Positions 25,904 through 32,000 of a stretch of DNA of 32,000 bases are shown here, piece by piece (within the stretch, counting starts at the first letter, position 1; every line of letters begins with the position of its first letter). The stretch comes from Opitutales bacterium (GTDB lineage: Bacteria > Verrucomicrobiota > Verrucomicrobiia > Opitutales > PNEW01). The translations under genes were made by a program, and so were the position numbers. The stretch lies in contig CBDCNV010000002.1 in assembly GCA_965219535.1 (NCBI GenBank), positions 2,100,001-2,132,000 of the forward strand, read 5' to 3'. Under the pieces are notes generated by a model that saw only the letters and a program-made list of their open reading frames with translations, ran no database searches and was not told where the DNA came from.

Positions 25904-27031
25904 TTATTGTAAACATTGAGAAGCTTGATTATTAAATCGATCGAGGACGTCCGTAATCGAAAAGCTGGGACGATCAATTAAGTAAGAATGGATCGTGTCA
26001 TTAAAATTGCGATACCAGTGTTCAGGGACTCCGCTCTTTCCAACAACTGCTCCGACAATGCTTCCGGCTGTCGCTGCCGTGCAGTCATTATCCAAGCCCA
26101 TCGCGACCGTCTCACCTATGACTCTTGTAATATCAGTTCCACCGATCTTAATTCCCCAGAGGGTTAAACAGGCATTATTGATGGTGTGAACTTTATGCAT
26201 GCCCTCGAACTTTTCATCCACCGCATTTCGCGCTTCCTGATAATTTGTTATCTTTGGAGCAAGTTCAAATGCCCAGTTTATCGCGTTTGCCAATTCGCAA
26301 TCTTTAGGGATTTCACTGAGGCCAATTTTCAAAGCGTCCAAGGGATCATCAACGGTAAAGGCAGCGGAAATTGCTGCCGAGAAAAACATCTCCCCGTAAA
26401 TTCCGTTTTTACGGTGGCTAATGTAAGCGTCGCGGTAAGCCATTTCGGCCGCAAACTCGGGCCAACCGGGTGCCATATAGCCCCAAGGATCTGATCGGAT
26501 ATCTGCACCAATCAATTCATCGTAGGGGTTATCGATCTCTGCCGCTTTCATCGCTGAATGACCGTCCTTTAAATTTTTAAGTGTAATCTCTTCCGCGGTA
26601 CAGGCATAGGGCAGGTAACGAAGCCAGGATTCGCCCACATTATCGGTAGTAAAATTTACACCATGAGATTCTGCAATTAAGAGACCGAGAAGCGTGTAAA
26701 CAATGTCGTCATCAACGGGTACTCCGTTTAGTTTATCGCGCGTATAACTTTCACGCGTGCTGAACTCGTACCTCAATTTCATCGGATCAGGTACTGTGCT
26801 CCAGTAATCGGTGGGAGGAAAGCTGGCCCCATTTTCCTCAGCCAGTGACTCCATCTTTTTTATGGGCCATAATTCCACGGGTGCTCCCAGGGTGCATCCA
26901 GCCAGTCGGCCCAATAGAGAGCCTTCCAGTTTCTCACGGTAGATGGCTTCATCGAACTTTTTCCATAGCCTTCTTGGCCCATCCGATCGAAGCTGCTTTA
27001 TCTCTTGTAATTTGTTTGGTTGTTCTTCCAT
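25904..27031 (-). CDS. ADP-ribosylglycohydrolase (ARH/DraG) family protein
   Basis: 375 aa. The N-terminal G..LGAPVE, central VDDDIVYT and C-terminal GLDNDCTAATAGSIVGAVVG correspond to the E, (T/S)DDT and DxDT metal-site motifs of the family. Confidence 0.85.
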   Translation of the reverse strand: MEEQPNKLQEIKQLRSDGPRRLWKKFDEAIYREKLEGSLLGRLAGCTLGAPVELWPIKKMESLAEENGASFPPTDYWSTVPDPMKLRYEFSTRESYTRDKLNGVPVDDDIVYTLLGLLIAESHGVNFTTDNVGESWLRYLPYACTAEEITLKNLKDGHSAMKAAEIDNPYDELIGADIRSDPWGYMAPGWPEFAAEMAYRDAYISHRKNGIYGEMFFSAAISAAFTVDDPLDALKIGLSEIPKDCELANAINWAFELAPKITNYQEARNAVDEKFEGMHKVHTINNACLTLWGIKIGGTDITRVIGETVAMGLDNDCTAATAGSIVGAVVGKSGVPEHWYRNFNDTIHSYLIDRPSFSITDVLDRFNNQASQCLQ

Positions 27032-27045
27032 AAGATTTTCGTTAA

Positions 27046-28887
27046 TTAGACTTCCACATATTTTAAAATTAGCGTGAGGATAGCAAAGAGAATTGTTAAT
27101 AAAATAGCGGTGAGCAATAAATTGGCTTTCAAGTTGTCACGACGCGGGCCGAAGTAACTGACTATTGTGCTGACCGTAAGGTTTATCACCAAAGCATAAA
27201 GACCAATCCATTGAAAACTGAGGCTGGGTTGACCCGTAATATTATCCCAAAAAGCAACAAGGGTAGCTGCGGCAATACCGTAGGCGGCTCCTATAAGCGC
27301 ACCCTGGGGTGTGGAAAAAGAAACGAAAAGCGCTAAGATGAAGAGACAAAAAATTGGCGCCACGAGAAGGCCGTCTGTTTTTTCCGTCACCGCTAAAAAA
27401 TTTCCTGTAACATGCTCAAGAAATGAACTGAGGTAAACGACGATTAGCCCGATGACAAAAGCTAAATACATGGCGTAGCGAAGATGGGTAGACTCACTTT
27501 TTGACCGTATCCCAAAACGATCGAGAAAGTCTGTCATGACCACCGCAGTGATAGAGTTAACGCCCGAATCGATACTGGACATCGCCGCCGCAAACATCGC
27601 GGCAACGACAAGGCCTGAGAGCCCCATCGGTAAATAGTTCGCGATAAAATAAGGAAATAAATTATCGGCGCTACTCGTAACCGACTCACCCAATGGAAGC
27701 ATTTGAGCGTGCTCGACGAAATACCCTAATAATGCGAGACCCAAAAGTCCCAATACAAGGGTAACACCGATGGAAATATAAGTATTTATTAAGTAAGATT
27801 TGCGTGCGGCTTTTGCGGACCCGGTCGCCATGAATCGTTGAATCACCGTCTGGTCGCCACCGGCGGTGCTCACCCGCCAGAGCAAGATAGAGATAATGGC
27901 GCCAAATAGACTTACCCTGATTCTTGGATCGAGACTAAAGAGCGGCTGATCATCCCAATTAGAGACCCACTGTGTGGGCCACCAGGAAAATAAACTACTG
28001 CTTTGTAAGCTTATGATGGCAATTGTCGTCAAAGCTCCGAGGAGCAGGAGACAGAATTGTGCGCAATCAGTGATGACGACTGCCTGTAAGCCACCCAATG
28101 AGGTATAAGTTATCGCGACGAGACCAATGGCCATGACCATTAAGGGCCGCCATTCTGATCCCAGATCCATGATCACGAGGAGAGCGCTTGTCGCGAGGTA
28201 AATGAGAAGCGACATCCAAATCAAGCGAAGGGCGATAAACATGCATGCGCCCAAAAGCCTGCCGCTGAGGCCCAATCGCGCTTCAAGTAGTTCATAAGCG
28301 CTCGTGACACGCCGCTTCATGATTAATGGAATCAGCCCATAGCCTACAATGAAGTAGGATAAAACGATAGCAACCAAGGCACCTAAAATATAAGTTGGAC
28401 CGTGTTTAATGACTTCACCCGGTTGGGCGAGGTAGGAAATGGTACTTAACAATGTAGCATAAATAGATACTCCGATGAGCCAGGGTGGCATATGCGTGGA
28501 TCCAACAAAATACTCTCCTGTGCTCGACTGTTTTCGCGAGTAGTACCACCCGAGGGTGAGGACCCCGCCAACGTAACAGGCAACTATCACCCAATCCAAC
28601 CAACCCAATCCCTTATGCGCGTGTTGCCCGACAGTTGAAACCTTCTCGGTTATACTATCGTCTTGCGAAATAGCGACATTTGATTCGTTTGAATAAGAGA
28701 AGAGTGGTTGTGATAAAAATAAAAATACAAGAGCAAAGCGTAATGACCTAAAGAAATCAGATTGTGGCCAATTCGCATTATAATAAAAGCGGTTCACGAT
28801 AATCTTTGGCTTCGGATATAAATTATTGACGAAGACGAAGAGGCAGACCTGTCTTCTTCCCACGACTGCGTGACTACGACGTGGCAA
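27046..28887 (-). CDS. Sodium:solute symporter (SSS) family transporter; start uncertain
   Basis: It is a polytopic protein with an SSS-type TM1 (LDWVIVACYVGGVLTLGWYYSRK...EYFVG). The track start is a TTG at 28887 lying inside a repeat. A GTG at 28797 (MNRFYYNANW...) or a TTG just before TM1 is more plausible. Confidence 0.85.
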   Translation of the reverse strand: MPRRSHAVVGRRQVCLFVFVNNLYPKPKIIVNRFYYNANWPQSDFFRSLRFALVFLFLSQPLFSYSNESNVAISQDDSITEKVSTVGQHAHKGLGWLDWVIVACYVGGVLTLGWYYSRKQSSTGEYFVGSTHMPPWLIGVSIYATLLSTISYLAQPGEVIKHGPTYILGALVAIVLSYFIVGYGLIPLIMKRRVTSAYELLEARLGLSGRLLGACMFIALRLIWMSLLIYLATSALLVIMDLGSEWRPLMVMAIGLVAITYTSLGGLQAVVITDCAQFCLLLLGALTTIAIISLQSSSLFSWWPTQWVSNWDDQPLFSLDPRIRVSLFGAIISILLWRVSTAGGDQTVIQRFMATGSAKAARKSYLINTYISIGVTLVLGLLGLALLGYFVEHAQMLPLGESVTSSADNLFPYFIANYLPMGLSGLVVAAMFAAAMSSIDSGVNSITAVVMTDFLDRFGIRSKSESTHLRYAMYLAFVIGLIVVYLSSFLEHVTGNFLAVTEKTDGLLVAPIFCLFILALFVSFSTPQGALIGAAYGIAAATLVAFWDNITGQPSLSFQWIGLYALVINLTVSTIVSYFGPRRDNLKANLLLTAILLTILFAILTLILKYVEV

Positions 28888-28905
28888 GCGAAGACGAAGG
28901 TTTTA

Positions 28906-29757
28906 TCACCGCCTTTTAATGATCTCGGATAGGCGGTCCCATTCATTGACGAAACGTATTAAATGTTCGCGGCCTTCATTGATTTCACTCTCTAAGAGAT
29001 TGCGAACGAGCATCTGTTCTTTCTCATATTGAGCATCAGATAAAAGATCCGCAAAATGAGCGATGCGCGCCCAGAGAAGATGGGTGGTAAACGCGTCGAA
29101 CTCGTTATAATTTATTATTTCCTTTAACTTACCTTCGAGCCAGAGCTTAGCTACCGATTCACCGGAAACATCAATCTTTCCCGGAATCCCACTCAATGAG
29201 GCAATTTCAGTGAGCTTGGGTGTATTTGCCCACTTGCCTAGGATGGGTGCTAAATCGATATTATAATCATTGTGAGCACTGAAATAATCGACGCCTTCCC
29301 AAGGTTTTTCCGGTCTTTGTGCAAATCCAAAACCATGAAGTCCGTGAATGATGGATCGCTCAACGATGATCGGCACATCAGCGTTAAGGGAATTGTATCC
29401 CACTAATTGCGGTTTGCGAGTTCCTACCGCTTTGAGAAAAGTTGAGATGATATGTTTCTCCGTCCATTTATCTTTATCCTCAGGATCTGCGGGTAGGGAG
29501 ATGAGCTTTAAGTTAACATTACTACCCAGGCCTTCGCGAAAAATACCGGCAATCGACACAATCTGACATAAAGTCGTTTTAATATAGGGTTGGGGGGTCT
29601 CACTATCAGCCCCGGCATCCTTCCAAAGAGCCTGGAATGAATCACTGTAGCTTTGCGGGGGATTGTGTTTTATATTGTGGAATATTTCCCCGGCCAAGGG
29701 GTCGGGCACCCACTCGATGTCGAATGATAGAAGGTTGGGTTGTATGGATTTGAACAT
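28906..29757 (-). CDS. Predicted 3'-5' exonuclease related to the PolB exonuclease domain (COG3298-like)
   Basis: 283 aa with Exo I (SFDIEWVPD), Exo II (GYNSLNADVPII) and Exo III (NYNEFDAFTTHLLW) motifs in order. The segment IASLSGIPGKIDVSG is typical of this family. Confidence 0.75.
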   Translation of the reverse strand: MFKSIQPNLLSFDIEWVPDPLAGEIFHNIKHNPPQSYSDSFQALWKDAGADSETPQPYIKTTLCQIVSIAGIFREGLGSNVNLKLISLPADPEDKDKWTEKHIISTFLKAVGTRKPQLVGYNSLNADVPIIVERSIIHGLHGFGFAQRPEKPWEGVDYFSAHNDYNIDLAPILGKWANTPKLTEIASLSGIPGKIDVSGESVAKLWLEGKLKEIINYNEFDAFTTHLLWARIAHFADLLSDAQYEKEQMLVRNLLESEINEGREHLIRFVNEWDRLSEIIKRR

Positions 29758-29954
29758 TCGTTTAGATCGATCCGAGTATCAAAAGGTTTGCTGAAAGAGT
29801 CACAAATATAAAGTTAAATTCCAACTGCGGTTAAATTACAATCTGGAAATCCTGGAGTCATAATACACTGACATGATACGGAAAGGGGTAAGATAAATTA
29901 AATTATTTATTTGCAGGGGGGAGATAAAACTACTTCAACTCAGCGATACAGATT

Positions 29955-30944
29955 ATGTCTTACACCCTGGAGAAAGAAATAGCCGTGCAAGCGGTGCTGA
30001 AAGCCTGTAAATTATGCCAGAGCGTGCGCCGATCGATGATTTCGGACGAGGCGATGCTAAAAGAAGACAAATCACCCGTTACGATTGCAGATTTTGGATC
30101 CCAGGCACTCATCATAGATGAGCTGCATAAACATTTTCCCAAAGATCCGATAATCGCGGAAGAAGACGCTACAGAATTGCTCACATTAGAAAATACACCC
30201 GTTCGGGAAAGTGTGTACCAGCAAGTCCAACAAGTATCTCCCAGCTTAACGGAAGATGAAATAATTGACGCCATTCAACGAGGCAATTATTCCGGACAGG
30301 AAGTGGGGCGGCAGTGGGTGCTTGATCCCATTGACGGGACGAAAGGTTTTTTGCGCAATGGGCAATATGCAGTAGCGCTTGCGCTGATTGAGGATGGAAA
30401 AATAGTGCTGGGAATTCTTGGCTGTCCGAATCTCGCCATTGATTTTAATAATCCAGAAAGTTCGATCGGTTGCTTATACTTCGCGCTACGCGGTGAGGGT
30501 GTGATTTCACGGAGTTTAGAGGTCCCCAATGAATTATCAGTTAGTGTCTCTGAGATCAGCAATCCATCCGAGACTAAAGTCTGTGAATCCAGGGATTCGG
30601 GGCATTCCTCACACGGTAAAGCCGCACAGATTTCCGATCGTTTAGGTATCACAGCCACGCCAATTCGCATTGATAGTCAGTGTAAATATGCAGTCGTGGC
30701 ACGCGGTGATGCTTCAATCTATCTCAGGCTGCCCGCGAGTCGCGGGTATGAGGAAAAGATATGGGATCACGCCGCAGGTGTCATCATTATCGAAGAAGCG
30801 GGGGGGAGAGTTTCTGATGTAGAGGGTAGGCCGCTCGATTTTACAAGAGGCAATACTTTAAAGGGAAATAGAGGGGTCATAGCCACAAGTGCACCTATTT
30901 ATGATGAAGTGATTGCTGTCGTTCGAGAAATTATGGGCGGATAG
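29955..30944 (+). CDS. 3'(2'),5'-bisphosphate nucleotidase (HAL2/CysQ-type, inositol monophosphatase superfamily)
   Basis: 329 aa with KEDKSPVTIADFGSQ, IIAEED, WVLDPIDGTKGF and WDHAAG motifs. Confidence 0.85.
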   Translation: MSYTLEKEIAVQAVLKACKLCQSVRRSMISDEAMLKEDKSPVTIADFGSQALIIDELHKHFPKDPIIAEEDATELLTLENTPVRESVYQQVQQVSPSLTEDEIIDAIQRGNYSGQEVGRQWVLDPIDGTKGFLRNGQYAVALALIEDGKIVLGILGCPNLAIDFNNPESSIGCLYFALRGEGVISRSLEVPNELSVSVSEISNPSETKVCESRDSGHSSHGKAAQISDRLGITATPIRIDSQCKYAVVARGDASIYLRLPASRGYEEKIWDHAAGVIIIEEAGGRVSDVEGRPLDFTRGNTLKGNRGVIATSAPIYDEVIAVVREIMGG

Positions 30945-31024
30945 ACGGAAGGCGGGAAGGCCGGAGGACCGGAAAGCCGGAAGGCTGGAGAGCCGGAGGG
31001 CCGGAAGGGTGGAAGGTTGGAATT
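30945..31024. repeat. Purine-rich tandem repeat: about 5 copies of a 16-nt unit (8-nt sub-period CCGGAAGG)
   Basis: It reads ACGGAAGGCGGGAAGG CCGGAGGACCGGAAAG CCGGAAGGCTGGAGAG CCGGAGGGCCGGAAGG GTGGAAGGTTGGAATT and starts 1 nt after the stop codon of the nucleotidase gene. Confidence 0.85.
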
Positions 31025-31572
31025 ATATGGGATACGGGATGAAAAAACTATTAGCAAATCCCGCATTTCCGCTTATACGCATTTACTCATTACCGCATAA
31101 ACGCATTCGCGTAAAATACTTATTCACAAAACGAGTACACAGGGCTGTGTTTTGTAAAAAAATATGAAAAAGTTCAGTGCCCGTTAAATACAAAAATAAA
31201 ATAACGAATATTCATTATTACTATCTACACGCTAAATGGAATTTAATTTTTGGTTACTCTGTTTTGTTAAGTGCTTAAGCGGCTTCGGTGAAGGTGGCGG
31301 GAGAGGAAAACCTGTCAATCGTGGTAGGAGTTTTTTCTCATTCAGTCTGTTTATCCTTGTCCTCATTTGTGGGGTATTAACGTCAATTTTGAAAAAATTG
31401 TAAAATTCCCATGCAGTGGATTTACCGTCTGGCTTAGCAATAAGAGATTATCAGCGCATCCAATTATTTTTTCATTCAAGATTAGCAAAAGAAACGTAAA
31501 CCATCTCTTCTCTAAAAATCACCCATCGTTAGCCGACACTATCCCTGGTATTATTTCTATTCAAATAATTGG

Positions 31573-32000
31573 ATGCAAAGAGAAGAATCATTGATTGAAC
31601 CCCTGCCAAACCCAATGGATTTAACGATTCCAGACCGAACGCGTGTGGATAATCATCATTGTGTTGATTTATTCGAATTAGCACAAAATGCGATTATTAT
31701 TCACGATCTTGGAAACCGCATATTGTATTGGAACCAAGCAGCTGAACTTCTTTATGGTTATACAGCGAAAGAAGTAACGGGAAAACATGCGCATGAACTT
31801 TTGTCAGAGGATGAATGCACGAAGCTTAACGAGGTAGAGAAAACATTGCTAGAAAATGGGGAGTGGCATGGCGATTTAAAACACCGAACAAAAGATGACC
31901 TGATTGTCGTCGTTGATAGTCAAAAGACCCTGCTTTGTGATGAATGGGGAACACCTCAATCGATATTGTTGATCAATACGGACAAGACGGAAAAGAAGCA
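31573..32000 (+). CDS. PAS-domain sensor protein, 3'-truncated at window edge
   Basis: This ORF is missing from the track because it has no stop in the window. ATG at 31573 gives MQREESLIEPLPNP...FELAQNAIIIHDLGNRILYWNQAAELLYGYTAKEVTGKHAHELL...GEWHGDLKHRTKDD, a canonical PAS fold pattern. An in-frame TAA lies at 31513. Confidence 0.7.
   Translation, partial: MQREESLIEPLPNPMDLTIPDRTRVDNHHCVDLFELAQNAIIIHDLGNRILYWNQAAELLYGYTAKEVTGKHAHELLSEDECTKLNEVEKTLLENGEWHGDLKHRTKDDLIVVVDSQKTLLCDEWGTPQSILLINTDKTEKK

Noticed and set aside
30945-31024. Resemblance of the CCGGAAGG words to the SRP (4.5S) RNA conserved loop
   Set aside because: The sequence is a simple tandem repeat with no complementary strand to form the SRP helix, so the resemblance is compositional only.
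31367-31594. 75-aa + strand ORF upstream of the PAS gene, and the 84-aa ORF at 30913-31167
   Set aside because: The 75-aa ORF overlaps the PAS gene start in another frame and has no motifs. The 84-aa ORF is a translation of the CCGGAAGG repeat (..RKAGRPEDRKAGRLESRRAGR..).

Overview
This 32-kb chromosomal window has no rRNA, CRISPR array, transposase, integrase or phage genes. It is mostly housekeeping and accessory metabolism. I support 25 CDSs (two truncated at the window edges) and one tRNA-Arg(ACG).

The CDSs, in order:
- Positions 1-12,941: sulfatase (5'-truncated), DAACS symporter, FabV, ExbB/ExbD, Cys/Met PLP enzyme, LeuC/LeuD, GltX, RluA-family pseudouridine synthase, SDR, HPF and a small membrane protein.
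- Positions 13,310-20,457: two PhyH-family dioxygenases, a membrane-anchored PPP-type phosphoesterase, a secreted CotH-like protein and an L-fuconate-dehydratase-like enolase.
- Positions 20,469-32,000: a 932-aa FG-GAP double-propeller protein, a 735-aa secreted Ig-domain protein, an ADP-ribosylglycohydrolase, an SSS transporter, a PolB-like 3'-5' exonuclease, a HAL2/CysQ-type nucleotidase and a PAS sensor (3'-truncated).

The gene content (sulfatase, fuconate dehydratase, FG-GAP, Ig-like and PhyH proteins) suggests a marine polysaccharide-degrading member of the PVC group, such as Verrucomicrobiota. This is inference only.

The most unusual signal is non-coding. Almost every longer intergenic gap is built from a few families of word-like, palindromic repeats:
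- a four-unit, roughly 190-bp tandem array with higher-order A-B-A'-B' structure, upstream of the fuconate dehydratase gene (about 18535-19290);
- a roughly 576-bp palindromic element whose right end encodes the last codons of the RluA-family gene;
- four copies of a modular element with terminal inverted repeats and a conserved CCAGGGGA/TCCCCTGG hairpin;
- several microsatellite-like word arrays placed right at gene ends.

Among protein-coding features, two things deserve a second look. One is a convergent, 80-bp-overlapping pair encoding an extracytoplasmic CotH-like kinase-fold protein and a PPP phosphatase. The other is a tightly packed exonuclease-SSS-ARH gene string.

All homology calls come from motif recognition by eye. 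No searches were run.
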